Source: Neoechinorhynchus agilis (Eukaryota > Animalia > Acanthocephala). From it: a stretch of DNA of 64,000 bases. A program made the position numbers and the translations under genes. The notes under the pieces are model-generated. The model was not told the origin of the DNA, did not search any database, and saw only the letters and a program-made list of their open reading frames with translations. The stretch is from assembly GCA_051530055.1 (NCBI GenBank), contig CM121342.1, forward strand, positions 5,207,489 to 5,271,488. The letters are read 5' to 3'. This document shows, one piece after another, positions 1-14,700 of this stretch; the first letter of the stretch is position 1, and the number at the start of each line of letters is the position of its first letter.

Positions 1-339
1 ATTTGTTTATCCGGTGGGATTCGTAGATTGAGTTTATAGTCAGCTTTGTTGCCAACCAAAGCACCTGTTTGCTGGATCATGATGGCTTCCATGGTCACTC
101 TGTCGCGTCTTACGTCACTCCTCGCAAGAACTTCGACGCCGTCAAAATTGATCTCATGCCCATTGTCATTGATGTGGGACACTATTGCCGAGCTCACATC
201 AGACTTTTTGATAGCTGCTCTTCTGTGTTCAGCAATCCTTCTTTTTAGATTGTTCGTTTGTCCCACATATGACAGACTGCAATTCGAACATGGATCTTAT
301 AGACACATCCAGCTGGAAGATCTTCATTCATCGGTCGGA

Positions 340-389
340 GTATTTGAAAATTTTCGGCCTTTTCGTAGGCCTTCTTCAGTCAGATCTAC
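340..389 (-). ncRNA. Minimal type I hammerhead ribozyme (representative copy). Consensus-intact copies also at 751-800, 1571-1620, 1982-2031, 3785-3834, 4135-4184, 5369-5418; mutated copies at 1160, 2391, 3375, 4550, 4960, 5780
   Basis: Minus strand reads GUAGAUCUGA-CUGAAGA-A-GGCC(UACGAAAA)GGCC-GAAA-AUU-U-UCAAAUAC. This gives both catalytic boxes, a 4-5 bp stem II, a loopless palindromic stem III (AAUU) and an imperfect stem I (AUCUGA/UCAAAU). The layout matches the minimal hammerheads known from Penelope-like pseudo-LTRs. The predicted cleavage triplet UUU is suboptimal. Confidence 0.78.
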
Positions 390-1205
390 AATTTAAAAGA
401 AACATTATCAATTTGTTTATCCGGTGGGATTCGTAGATTGAGTTAATAGTCAGCTTTGTTGCCAACCAAAGTACCTGTTTGCTGGATCATGATGGCTTCC
501 ATGGTCACTCTGTCGCGTCTTACGTCACTCCTCGCAAGAACTTCGACGCCGTCAAAATTGATCTCATGCCCATTGTCATTGATGTGGGACACTATTGCCT
601 AGCTCACATCAGACTTTTTGATAGCTGCTCTTCTGTGTTCAGCAATCCTTCTTTTTAGATTGTTCGTTTGTCCCACATATGACAGACTGCAATTCGAACA
701 TAGGATCTTATAGACACATCCAGCTGGAAGATCTTCATTCTTCGGTCGGAGTATTTGAAAATTTTCGGCCTTTTCGTTGACCTTCTTCAGTCAGATCTAC
801 AATTTAAAAGAAACATTATCAGTTAGTTAATCCGGTGGGATTCGTAGATTGAGTTTATAGTCAGCTTTGTTGCCAACAAAAGTATCCGTTTGCTGGATCA
901 TGATGGCTTCCATGGTCACTCTGCCGCGTCTTACGTCACTCCTCGCAAGAACTTCGACACCGTCAAAATTGATCTCATGCCCATTGCCATTGACGTGGGA
1001 CACTATTGCCGAGCTCACATCAGACTCTTTGATAGCTGCTCTTCTGTGTTAGCAATCCTTCTTTTTAGATTGTTCGTTTGTCCCGCATATGACAGGCTGC
1101 AATTCGAACATGGGATTTATAGACACATCCAGCTGGAAGATCTTCATTCTTCGGTCGGAGTATTTGAACATTTTCGGCCTTTTCGTTGGCCTTCTTCAGT
1201 CAGAT

Positions 1206-1562
1206 CTACAATTTAAAAGAAACATTATCAATTTGTTTGTCCGGTGGGATTCGTAGATTGAGTTTATAGTCAGCTTTGTTGCCAACCAAAGTACCTGTTT
1301 GCTGGATCATGATGGCTTCCATGGTCACTCTGTCGCGTCTTACGTCACTCCTCGCAAGAACTTCGACGCCGTCAAAATTGATCTCATGCCCATTGTCATT
1401 GACGTGGGACACTATTGCCGAGCTCACATCAGACTTTTTGATAGCTGCTCTTCTGTGTGCAGCAATCCTTCTTTTTAGATTGTTTGTTTGTCCCACATAT
1501 GACAGACTGCAATTCGAACATGGGATCTGATAGACACATCCAGCTGGAAGATCTTCATTCAT
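1206..1562 (-). CDS. Stand-alone Penelope-type GIY-YIG endonuclease, intact copy (118 aa)
   Basis: ATG at 1562 to TAG at 1206. Contains VYQIPCSNC, YVGQT, RRIAAH, SH, GH, MEA and GN, i.e. catalytic Y/R/E/N plus CCHH Zn ligands. Expression not shown. Confidence 0.7.
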   Translation of the reverse strand: MNEDLPAGCVYQIPCSNCSLSYVGQTNNLKRRIAAHRRAAIKKSDVSSAIVSHVNDNGHEINFDGVEVLARSDVRRDRVTMEAIMIQQTGTLVGNKADYKLNLRIPPDKQIDNVSFKL

Positions 1563-2436
1563 CGGTCGGAGTATTTGAAAATTTTCGGCCTTTTCGTTGG
1601 CCTTCTTCAGTCAGATCTACAATTTAAAAGAAACATTATCAATTTGTTTATCCGGTGGGATTCGTAGATTGAGTTAATAGTCAGCTTTGTTGCCCACCAA
1701 AGTACCTGTTTGCTGGATCATGATGGCTTCCATGGTCACTCTGTCGCGTCTTACGTCACTCCTCGCAAGAACTTCGACGCCGTCAAAATTGATCTCATGC
1801 CCATTGTCATTGATGTGGGACACTATTGCCTAGCTCACATCAGCCTTTTTGATAGCTGCTCTTCTGTGTTCAGCAATCCTTCTTTTTAGATTGTTCGTTT
1901 GTCCCACATATGACAGACTGCAATTCGAACATGGGATCTTATAGACACATCCAGCTGGAAGATCTTCATTCTTCGGTCGGAGTATTTGAAAATTTTCGGC
2001 CTTTTCGTTGGCCTTCTTCAGTCAGATCTACAATTTAAAAGAAACATTATCAGTTAGTTAATCCGTTGGGATTCGTAGATTGAGTTTATAGTCAGCTTTG
2101 TTGCCAACAAAAGCATCCTTTTTCTGGATCATGATGGCTTCCATGGTCACTCTGCCGCGTCTTACGTCACTCCTCGCAAGAACTTCGACGCCGTCAAAAT
2201 TGATCTCATGCCCATTGCCATTGACGTGGGACACAATTGCCGAGCTCACATCAGACTTTTTGATAGCTGCTCTTCTGTGTTAGCAATCCTTCTTTTTAGA
2301 TTGTTCGTTTGTCCCACATATGACAGACTGCAATTCGAACATGGGATTTATAGACACATCCAGCTGGAAGATCTTCATTCTTCGGTCGGAGTATTTGAAC
2401 ATTTTCGGCATTTTCGTTGGCCTTCTTCAGTCAGAT

Positions 2437-2793
2437 CTACAATTTAAAAGAAACACTATCAATTTGTTTATCCGGTGGGATTCGTAGATTGAGTTTATAG
2501 TCAGTTTTGTTGCCAACTAAAGTACCTGTTTGCTGGATCATGATGGCTTCCATGGTCACTCTGTCGCGTCTTACGTCACTCCTCGTAAGAACTTCGACGC
2601 CGTCAAAATTGATCTCATGCCCATTGTCAATGACGTGGGACACTATTGCCGAGCTCACATCAGACTTTTTGATAGCTGCTCTTCTGTGTTCAACAATCCT
2701 TCTTTTTAGATTGTTCGTTTGTCCCACATATGACAGACTGCAATTCGAACATAGGATCTTATAGACACATCCAGCTGGAAGATCTTCATTCAT
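2437..2793 (-). CDS. Stand-alone Penelope-type GIY-YIG endonuclease, second intact copy (118 aa)
   Basis: ATG-to-stop ORF 1231 bp from the 1206-1562 copy; VYKILCSNCSLSYVGQTNNLKRRIVEH. Expression not shown. Confidence 0.65.
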   Translation of the reverse strand: MNEDLPAGCVYKILCSNCSLSYVGQTNNLKRRIVEHRRAAIKKSDVSSAIVSHVIDNGHEINFDGVEVLTRSDVRRDRVTMEAIMIQQTGTLVGNKTDYKLNLRIPPDKQIDSVSFKL

Positions 2794-2803
2794 CGGTCGG
2801 AGT

Positions 2804-2987
<184 letters not shown>

Positions 2988-5900
2988 CGTTTGGCCTTCT
3001 TCAGTCAGATCTACAATTTAAAAGAAACATTATCAATTTGTTTATCCGGTGGGATTCGTAGATTGAGTTTTATAGTCAGCTTTGTTGCAAACCAAAGTAC
3101 CTGTTTGCTGGATCATGATGGCTTCCATGGTCACTCTGCCGCGTCTTACGTCACTCCTCGCAAGAACTTCGACACCGTCAAAATTGATCTCATGCCCATT
3201 GCCATTGACGTGGGACACTATTGCCGAGCTCACATCAGACTTTTTGATAGCTGCTCTTCTGTGTTAGCAATCCTTCTTTTTAGATTGTTTGTTTTTCCCG
3301 CATATGACAGACTGCAATTCGAACATGGGATTTATAGACACATACAGCTGGAAGATCTTCATTCTTCGGTCGGAGTATTTGAACATTTTCGGCCTTTTCG
3401 TTGGCCTTCTTCAGTCAGATCTACAATTTAAAAGAAACATTATCCATTTGTTTATCCGGTGGGATTCGTAGATTGAGTTTATAGTCAGCTTGTTACTTAG
3501 CAAAGTACCTGTTTGCTGGATCATGATGGCTTCCATGGTCACTCTGTCGCGTCTTACGTCACTCCTCGCAAGAACTTCGACGCCGTCAAAATTGATCTCA
3601 TGCCCATTGTCATTGATGTGGGACACTATTGCCTAGCTCACATCAGACTTTTTGATAGCTGCTCTTCTGTGTGCAGCAATCCTTCTTTTTAGATTGTTCG
3701 TTTGTCCCACATATGGCAGACTGCAATTCGAACATGGGATCTTATCGACACATCCAGCTGGAAGATCTTCATTCATCGGTCGGAGTATTTGAAAATTTTC
3801 GGCCTTTTCGTTGGCCTTCTTCAGTCAGATCTACAATTTAAAAGAAACATTATCAATTTGTTTATCCGGTGGGATTCGTAGATTGAGTTAATAGTCAGCT
3901 TTGTTTACAGCAAAGTACCTGTTTGCTGGATCATGATGGCTTCCATGGTCACTCTGTCGCGTCTTACGTCACTCCTCGCAAGAACTTCGCTGTGCGTCAA
4001 ATTGATTGTGCTGCTCTTCTGTGTGCAGCAATCCTTCTTTTTAGATTGTTCGTTTGTCCCATATATCAGACTGCAATTCGAACATGGGATCTTATGAGCC
4101 GCATCAGCTGGAAGATCTTCATTCATCGGTCGGAGTATTTGAAAATTTTCGGCCTTTTCGTTGGCCTTCTTCAGTCAGATCTACAATTTAAAAGAAACAT
4201 TATCAGTTGTTTATCCGGTGGGATTCATAGATTGAGTTTATATGTGATCGCTTTGTTGCCAACCAAAGTACCTGTTTGCTGGATCATGATGGCTTCCATG
4301 GTCACTCTGTCGCGTCTTACGTCACTCCTCGCAAGAACTTCGACGCCGTCAAAATTGATCTCATGCCCATTGTCATTGTTGTGGGACACTATTGCCGAGC
4401 TCGCATCAAGACTTTTTGGTAAGCTGCTCTTCTGTGTTAGCAATCCTTCTTTTTTAGATTGTTTGTTTTCCCACGCATGACAGACTGCGGCAATTCGAAC
4501 ATGGGATTTAGAACACATACAGCTGGAAGATCTTCATTCTTCGGTCGGAGTATTTGAACATTTTCGGCCTTTTCGTTGGCCTTCTTCAGTCAGATCTACG
4601 AGCAAAAGAAACATTATCATTTAGTTTATCCGGTGGGATTCGTAGATTGAGTTTATAGTCAGCTTTGTTGCCAACAAAAGTACCTGTTTGCTGGATCATG
4701 ATGGCTTCTATAGTAACTCTGTCGTGTCTTACGTCACGCCTCGCAAGAACTTCGACGCCGTCAAAATTGATCTCATGCCCATTGTCATTGATGTGGGACA
4801 CTATTGCCGAGCTCACATCAGAATTTTTGATAGCTGCTCTTCTGTGTTCAGCAATCCTTCCTTTTAGATTGTTTGTTTGTCCCACATATGACAGACTGCA
4901 ATTCGAACATGGGATCTTATAGACACATCCAGCTGGAAGATCTTCATTCTTCGGTCGGAGTATTTGAAAATATTCGGCCTTTTCGTTGGCCTTCTTCAGT
5001 CAGATCTACAATTTAAAAAACATTATCAGTTAGTTAATCCGGTGGGATTCGTAGATTAGGTTATAGTCAGCTTTGTTGCCAACAAAAGTATCCGTTTGCT
5101 GGATACTGATGGCTTCCATGGTCACTCTGCCGCGTCTTACGTCACTCCTCGCAAGAACTTCGACACCGTCAAAATTGATCTCATATGCCCATTGCCATTG
5201 ACGTGGGACACTATTGCCGAGCTCACATCAGACTTTTTGATAGCTGCTCTTCTGTGTTAGCAATCCTTCTTTTTAGATTGTTTGTTTGTCCCACATATGA
5301 CAGACTGCAATTCGAACATTGGATCTTATAGACACATCCAGCTGGAAGATCTTCATTCATCGATCGGAGTATTTGAAAATTTTCGGCCTTTTCGTTGGCC
5401 TTCTTCAGTCAGATCTACAATTTAAAAGAAACATTATCAATTTGTTTATCCGGTGGGATTCGTAGATTGAGTTTGTAGTCAGCTTTGTTGCCAACAAAAG
5501 TACCTGTTTGCTGGATCATGATGGCTTCCATGGTCACTCTGTCGCGTCTTACGTCACTCCTCGCAAGAACTTCGACGCCGTCAAAATTGATCTCATGCCC
5601 ATTGTCATTGACGTGGTACACTATTGCCGAGCTCACATCAGACTTTTTGATAGCTGCTCTTCTGTGTTCAGCAATCCTTCTTTTTAGATTGTTCGTTTGT
5701 CCCACATATGACAGACTGTAATTCGAACATGGGATCTGATAGACACATCCAGCTGGAAGATCTTCATTCTTCGGTCGGAGTATTTGAAAATTTTCGGCCT
5801 TTTCGTTGGCCTTCTTCGGTCAGATCTACAATTTAAAAGAAACATTATCAATTTGTTTATCCGGTGGGATTCGTAGATTGAGTTTATAGTTAGCTTTGTT

Positions 5901-6183
5901 GCCAACCAAGGTACCTGTTTGCTGGACCATGATGGCTTCCATAGTCACTCTGTCGCGCCTTACGTCACGCCTCGCAAGAACTTCGACGCCGTCAAAATTG
6001 ATCTCATGCCCATTGTCATTGATGTGGGACAGTATTGCCGAGCTCACATCAGAATTTTTGATAGCTGCTCTTCTGTGTGCAGCAATCCTTCTTTATAGAT
6101 TGTTTGTTTGTCCCACATATGACAGACTGCAATTCGAACATGGGATCTTATAGACACATCCAGCTGGAAGATCTTCATTCATC

Positions 6184-9100
6184 TCAAAAATCACGATGAC
6201 GTCATGGCGATGACGTCATCAAAAATCACGATGACGTCATGGCGATGACGTCATCAAAAATGGCGATGACGTCATCAAAAATCGCGATGACGTCATCAAA
6301 AATGGCGATGACGTCATTTCGATGACGTCATCAAAAATGGCGATGACGTCATGGCTATCACGTCAGCAAAAATGGCGATGACGTCATCAAAAATGGCGAT
6401 GACGTCATCAAAAATGGCGATGACGTCATGGCGATGACGTCATCAAAAATGGCGATGACGTCATCAAAAATCGCGATGACGTCATGGCGATGACGTCATC
6501 AAAAATGGCGATGACGTCATCAAAAATCACGATGACGTCATAAAAAATGGCGATGACTTCATCAAAAATCGCGATGACGTCATGGCGATTACGTAATAAA
6601 AAATGGCGATGACGTCATCAAAAATCGTGATGACGTCATGGCGATGACGTCATCAAAAATGGCGATGACGTCATCAAAAATAACGATGACGTCATGGCGA
6701 TGACGTCATCAAAAATCGCGATGACGTCATCAAAAATGGCGATGACGTCATGGCGATGACGTCATGGCGATGACGTCATAAAAAATGGCGATAACGTCAT
6801 CAAAAATGGCGATGATGTCATCAAAAATGGCGATGACGTCATCAAAAATGGCGATGACGTCATCAAAAATTGCGATGACGTCATGGCGATGACGTCATCA
6901 AAAATGGCGATGACGTCATCAAAAATCGTGATGACGTCATCAAAAATGGCGATGACGTCATAAAAAATCGCGATGACGTCATGGCGATCACGTCATAAAA
7001 AATCGCGATTACGTCATTGCGATGACGTCATTTAAAATGGCGATGACGTCATGGCGATGACGTCATAAAAAATGGCGATGACGTCATAAAAATGGCGATG
7101 ACGTCATGGCGATGACGTCATCAAAAATTGCGATGACGTCATCAAAAATCGCGATGATGTCATGGCGACGACGTCATAAAAAATGGCGATGACGCCATAA
7201 AAAATCGCGATGACGTCATGCCGATGACCTCATCAAAAATCGCGATGACGTCATGGCGATGACGTCATCAAAAATTGCGATGACGTCATAAAAATGGCGA
7301 TGACGTCATGGCGATGACGTTATCAAAAATGGCGATGACGTCATCAAAAATGGCGATGACCTCATGGCGATGACGTCATCAAAAATGGCGATGACGTACT
7401 TAAAAAATCACGATGACCTCATGGCGATGACGTCATCAAAAATGGCGATGACGTCATGGTGATGACGTCATCAAAAATGGCGATGACGTCATAAAAAATC
7501 GCGATGACGTCATGGCAATGACGTCATCAAAAATCACGATGACGTCTTGGCGATGACGTCATTAAAAAATGGCGATGACGTCATCAAAAATCGCGATGAC
7601 GTCATGGCGATGACATCATCAAAAATGGCGATGACGTCATCAAAAATCGCGATGACGTCATGGCGATGACGTCATCAAAAATGGCGATGACGTCATCAAA
7701 AATCACGATGACGTCATGGCGATGACGTCATCAAAAATCGCGATGACGTCATGGCGATGACGTCATAGGCGATGACGTCATCAAAAATGGCGATGACGTC
7801 ATCAAAAATCACGATGACGTCATGGCGATGACGTCATCAAAAATGGCGATGACGTCATCAAAAATCACGATGACGTCATGGCGATGACGTCATCAAAAAT
7901 GGCGATGACGTCATCAAAAATCGCGATGACGTCATCAAAAATCACGATGACGTCATGGCGATGACGTCATCAAAAATGGCGATGACGTCATCAAAAATCA
8001 CGATGACGTCATTGCGATGACGTCATCAAAAATGGCGATGACGTCATATAAAATGGCGATGACGTCATCAAAAATCACGATGATGTCTTGGCGATGACGT
8101 CATCAAAAATGGCGATGACGTCATCAAAAATCACGATGACGTCATGGCGATGACGTCATCAAAAATGGCGATGACGTCATCAAAAATCACGATGACGTCA
8201 TGGCGATGACGTCATCAAAAATGGCGATGACGTCATCAAAAATCACGATGACGTCATGGCGATGACGTCATCAAAAATGGCGATGACGTCATCAAAAATC
8301 ACGATGACGTCATGGCGATGACGTCATCAAAAATGTGGTATGGCGATGACGTCATCAAAAATCGCGATGACGTCATGGCGATGACGTCATCAAAAATGGC
8401 GATGACGTCATCAAAAATCACGATGACGTCATGGCGATGACGTCATCAAAAATGGCGATGACGTCATCAAAAATCATCACGATGACGTCATGGCGATGAC
8501 GTCATCAAAAATGGCGATGACGTCATCAAAAATCACGATGACGTCATGGCGATGACGTCATCAAAAATGGCGATGACGTCATCAAAAATCACGATGACGT
8601 CATGGCGATGACGTCATCAAAAATGGCGATGACGTCATCAAAAATCACGATGACGTCATGGCGATGACGTCATCAAAAATGGCGATGACGTCATCAAAAA
8701 TCACGATGACGTCATGGCGATGACGTCATCAAAAATGGCGATGACGTCATCAAAAATCACGATGACGTCATGGCGATGACGTCATCAAAAATGGCGATGA
8801 CGTCATCAAAAATCACGATGACGTCATGGCGATGACGTCATCAAAAATGGCGATGACGTCATCAAAAATCACGATGACGTCATGGCGATGACGTCATCAA
8901 AAATGGCGATGACGTCATCAAAAATCACGATGACGTCATGGCGATGACGTCATCAAAAATGGCGATGACGTCATCAAAAATCACGATGACGTCATGGCGA
9001 TGACGTCATCAAAAATGGCGATGACGTCATCAAAAATCACGATGACGTCATGGCGATGACGTCATCAAAAATGGCGATGACGTCATGGCGATGACGTCAT

Positions 9101-11748
9101 CAAAAATGGCGATGACGTCATCAAAAATCACGATGACGTCATGGCGATGACGTCATCAAAAATGACGATGACGTCATGGCGATGACGTCATCAAAAATGG
9201 CGATGACGTCATCAAAAATCACGATGACGTCATGGCGATGACGTCATCAAAAATGGCGATGACGTCATCAAAAATCACGATGACGTCATGGCGATGACGT
9301 CATCAAAAATGGCGATGACGTCATCAAAAATCACGATGACGTCATGGCGATGACGTCATCAAAAATGGCGATGACGTCATCAAAAATCACGATGACGTCA
9401 TGGCGATGACGTCATCAAAAATGGCGATGACGTCATCAAAAATCACGATGACGTCATGGCGATGACGTCATCAAAAATGGCGATGACGTCATCAAAAATC
9501 ACGATGACGTCATGGCGATGACGTCATCAAAAATGGCGATGACGTCATCAAAAATCACGATGACGTCATGGCGATGACGTCATCAAAAATGGCGATGACG
9601 TCATCAAAAATCACGATGACGTCATGGCGATGACGTCATCAAAAATGGCGATGACGTCATCAAAAATCACGATGACGTCATGGCGATGACGTCATCAAAA
9701 ATGGCGATGACGTCATGGCGATGACGTCATCAAAAATGGCGATGACGTCATCAAAAATCACGATGACGTCATGGCGAATGGCGATGACGTCATCAAAAAT
9801 GGCGATGACGTCATCAAAAATCACGATGACGTCATGGCGATGACGTCATCAAAAATGGCGATGACGTCATCAAAAATGCGATGACGTCATCAAAAATCAC
9901 GATGACGTCATCGTCATCAAAAATGGCGATGACGTCATCAAAAATCACGATGACGTCATGGCGATGACGTCATCAAAAATGGCGATGACGTCATCAAAAA
10001 TCACGATGACGTCATGGCGATGACGTCATCAAAAATGGCGATGACGTCATCAAAAATCACGATGACGTCATGGCGATGACGTCATCAAAAATGGCGATGA
10101 CGTCATCAAAAATCACGATGACGTCATGGCGATGACGTCATCAAAAATCCGATGACGTCAGGCGATGACGTCATCAAAAATCACGATGACGTCATGGCGA
10201 TGACGTCATCAAAAATGGCGATGACGTCATCAAAAATCACGATGACGTCATGGCGATGACGTCATCAAAAATGGCGATGACGTCATCAAAAATGGCGATG
10301 ACGTCATCAAAAATCACGATGACGTCATGGCGATGACGTCATCAAAAATGGCGATGACGTCATCAAAAATCACGATGACGTCATGGCGATGACGTCATCA
10401 AAAATGGCGATGACGTCATCAAAAATCACGATGACGTCATGGCGATGACGTCATCAAAAATGGCGATGACGTCATCAAAAATCACGATGACGTCATGGCG
10501 ATGACGTCATCAAAAATGGCGATGACGTCATCAAAAATCACGATGACGTCATGGCGATGACGTCATCAAAAATGGCGATGACGTCATCAAAAATCACGAT
10601 GACGTCATGGCGATGACGTCATCAAAAATGGCGATGACGTCATCAAAAATCACGATGACGTCATGGCGATGACGTCATCAAAAATGGCGATGACGTCATC
10701 AAAAATCACGATGACGTCATGGCGATGACGTCATCAAAAATGGCGATGACGTCATCAAAAATCACGATGACGTCATGGCGATGACGTCATCAAAAATGGC
10801 GATGACGTCATCAAAAATCACGATGACGTCATGGCGATGACGTCATCAAAAATGGCGATGACGTCATCAAAAATCACGATGACGTCATGGCGATGACGTC
10901 ATCAAAAATGGCGATGACGTCATCAAAAATCACGATGACGTCATGGCGATGACGTCATCAAATATGGCGATGACGTCATCAAAAATCACGATGACGTCAT
11001 GGCGATGACGTCATCAAATATGGCGATGACGTCATCAAAAATCACGATGACGTCATGGCGATGACGTCATCAAAAATGGCGATGACGTCATCAAAAATCA
11101 CGATGACGTCATGGCGATGACGTCATCAAAAATGGCGATGACGTCATCAAAAATCACGATGACGTCATGGCGATGACGTCATCAAAAATGGCGATGACGT
11201 CATCAAAAATCACGATGACGTCATGGCGATGACGTCATCAAAAATGGCGATGACGTCATCAAAAATCACGATGACGTCATGGCGATGACGTCATCAAAAA
11301 TGGCGATGACGTCATCAAAAATCACGATGACGTCATGGCGATGACGTCATCAAAAATGGCGATGACGTCATCAAAAATCACGATGACGTCATGGCGATGA
11401 CGTCATCAAAAATGGCGATGACGTCATCAAAAATCACGATGACGTCATGGCGATGACGTCATCAAAAATCACGATGACGTCATGGCGATGACGTCATCAA
11501 AAATGGCGATGACGTCATCAAAAATCACGATGACGTCATGGCGATGACGTCATCAAAAATGGCGATGACGTCATCAAAAATCACGATGACGTCATGGCGA
11601 TGACGTCATCAAAAATCACGATGACGTCATGGCGATGACGTCATCAAAAATGGCGATGACGTCATCAAAAATCACGATGACGTCATGGCGATGACGTCAT
11701 CAAAAATGGCGATGACGTCATCAAAAATCACGATGACGTCATGGCGAT
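6184..11748. repeat. Minisatellite of GATGACGTCAT(C) palindromes; dominant 56-bp unit = 21+21+14 bp (ggcgatgacgtcatcaaaaat x2 + cacgatgacgtcat)
   Basis: Direct inspection; degenerate at about 6184-7650 and near-perfect from about 8100 to 11748. Confidence 0.97.
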
Positions 11749-14700
11749 AACACGGTACTATCAGAAGATCTGTTGCAACCCGACAAAGCGGTGCAATCTG
11801 AAGATCTGGTGCAACCCGACAACACGATGCAATCGGAAGATCTAGTGCAACCCGAAAACACGGTACAATTAGAAAATCTGTTGCAACCTGACAAAGCGGT
11901 GCAATCAGAAGATCTGTTGCAACCTGACAAAACGATGCAATCAGAAGATCTGGTGCAACCTGACAACGCGGTGCAATCAGAAGATCTGTTGCAACCTGGC
12001 AAAACGGTGCAATCAGAAGATCTGTTGCAACCCGACAAAGCGGTGCAATCTGAAGATCTGTTGCAACCCGACAAAGCGGTGCAATCTGAAGATCTGTTGC
12101 AACCTGACAACACGGTACAATCAGAAGATCTGGTGCAACCCGACAACACGGTACAATCAGAAGATATGTTGCAACCCGACAAAGCGGTGCAATAAGAAGA
12201 TCTGGTGCAACCCGACAACACGGTACAATCTGAAGATCTGTTGCAACCCGACCACACGGTACAATCAGAAGATCTGTTGCAACCCGACAAAACGGTGCAA
12301 TCTGAAGATCTGTTGCAACCTGACAAAACGGTGCAATCAGAAGATCTGGTGCAACCTGACAAAGCGGTGCAATCAGAAGATCTGTTGCAACCCGACAAAA
12401 CGGTGCAATCTGAAGATCTGTTACAACCTGACAAAACGATGCAATCAGAAGATCTGGTGCAACCTGACAACACGGTACAATCAGAAGATCTGGTGCAACC
12501 CGACAACACGGTACAATTAGAAGATCTGGTGCAACCTGAAAAACGGTGCAATCAGAAGATCTGGTGCAACCCGACAACACGGTACAATCAGAAGATATGT
12601 TGCAACGCGACAAAGCGGTGCAATAAGAAGATCTGTTGCAACCTGACAAAACGGTGCAATCTGAAGATCTGGTGCAACTCGACAACACGGTACAATCAGA
12701 AGATCTGGTGCAACCCGACAACACGGTACAATCTGAAGATCTGTTGCAACCCGACCACACGGTACAATCAGAAGATCTGTTGCAACCCGACAAAACGGTG
12801 CAATCTGAATATCTTTTGCAACCTGACAACACGGTACAATCAGAAGATCTGTTGCAACCCGACAAAGCGGTGCAATCTGAAGATCTGGTGCAACCCGACA
12901 ACACGATGCAATCGGAAGATCTGGTGCAACCCGAAAACACGGTACAATTAGAAAATCTGTTGCAACCTGACAAAGCGGTGCAATCAGAAGATCTGTTGCA
13001 ACCTGACAAAACGGTGCAATCAGAAGATCTGGTGCAACCTGACAAAGCGGTGCAATCAGAAGATCTGTATCAATCCGACAAAACGGTGCAATCTGAAGAT
13101 CTGTTGCAACCTGACAAAACGGTGCAATCAGAAGATCTGTTGCAACCTGACAAAACGGTGCAATCAGAAGATCTGTTGCAACCTGACAAAACGGTGCAAT
13201 CAGAAGATCTGGTGCAACCTGACAAAGCGGTGCAATCAGAAGATCTGTCAAGAAAACGCAATCGAAGATCTGTTGCAACCTGACAAAACGGTGCAATCAG
13301 AAGATCTGTTGCAACTGACAAAACGGTGAAGAAGATCTGTTGCAACCTTACAAAACGGTGCAATCAGAAGATCTGGTGCAACCCGACAAAGCGGTGCAAT
13401 AAGAAGATCTGTTGAAAGCTGACAAAACGGTGCAATCAGAAGATCTGGTGCAACCTGACAAAGCGGTGCAATCAGAAGATCTGTATCAATCCGACAAAAC
13501 GGTGCAATCTGAAGATCTGTTGCAACCCGACAAAGCGGTGCAATCTGAAGATCTGTTGCAACCTGACAAACGGTGCAATCAGAAGATCTGTTGCAACCTG
13601 ACAAAACGGTGCAATCAGAAGATCTGGTGCAACCTGACAAAGCGGTGCAATCAGAAGATCTGTATCAATCCGACAAAACGGTGCAATCAGAAGATCTGTT
13701 GCAACCTGACAAAACGGTGCAATCAGAAGATCTGTTGCAACCTGACAAAACGGTGCAATAAGAAGATCTGTTGCAACCTTACAAAACGGTGCAATCAGAA
13801 GATCTGGTGCAACCCGACAAAACGGTGCAATAAGAAGATCTGTTGCAACCTGACAAAACGGTGCAATCAGAAGATCTGGTGCAACCTGGCAAAACGGTGC
13901 AATCAGAAGATCTGGTGCAACCCGACAACACGGTACAATCAGAAGATATGTTGCAACCCGACAAAGCGGTGCAATCTGAAGATCTGTTGCAACCTGACAA
14001 AGCGGTGCAATCAGAATATCTGTTGCAACCTGACAAAACGGTGCAATCAGAAGATCTGGTGCAACCTGACAAAGCGGTGCAATCAGAAGATCTGTTGCAA
14101 CCCGACAAAACGGTGCAATCTGAAGATCTGTTCAACCTGACAAAACGGTCAATCAGAAGATCGCCGACAACACGGTACAATCAGAAGATCTGGTGCAACC
14201 CGACAACACGGTACAATCAGAAGATCTGGTGCAACCCGACAAACGGTGCAATCAGAAGATCTGGTGCAACCCGACAAAACGGTGCAATCAGAAGATCTGT
14301 TGCAACCTGACAAAACGGTGCAATCAGAAGATCTGGTGCAACCTGACAAAACGGTGCAATCAGAAGATCTGGTGCAACCCGACAAAACGGTAAAATTAGA
14401 AGATCTGATGCAACCCGACAACACGGTACAATCAGAAGATATGGTGCAACCTGACAAAACGGTAGAATTAGAAGATCTGGTGCAACCCGACAAAACGGTG
14501 CAATAAGAAGATCTGTTGCAACCTGACAAAACGGTGCAATCAGAAGATCTGGTGCAACCTGACAAAACGGTGCAATCAGAAGATCTGGTGCAACCTGACA
14601 ACACGGTACAATCAGAAGATCTGGCGCAACCCGACAAAACGGTACAATCAGAAGATCTGGTGCAACCCGACAACACGGTACAATCAGAAGATCTGGTGCA

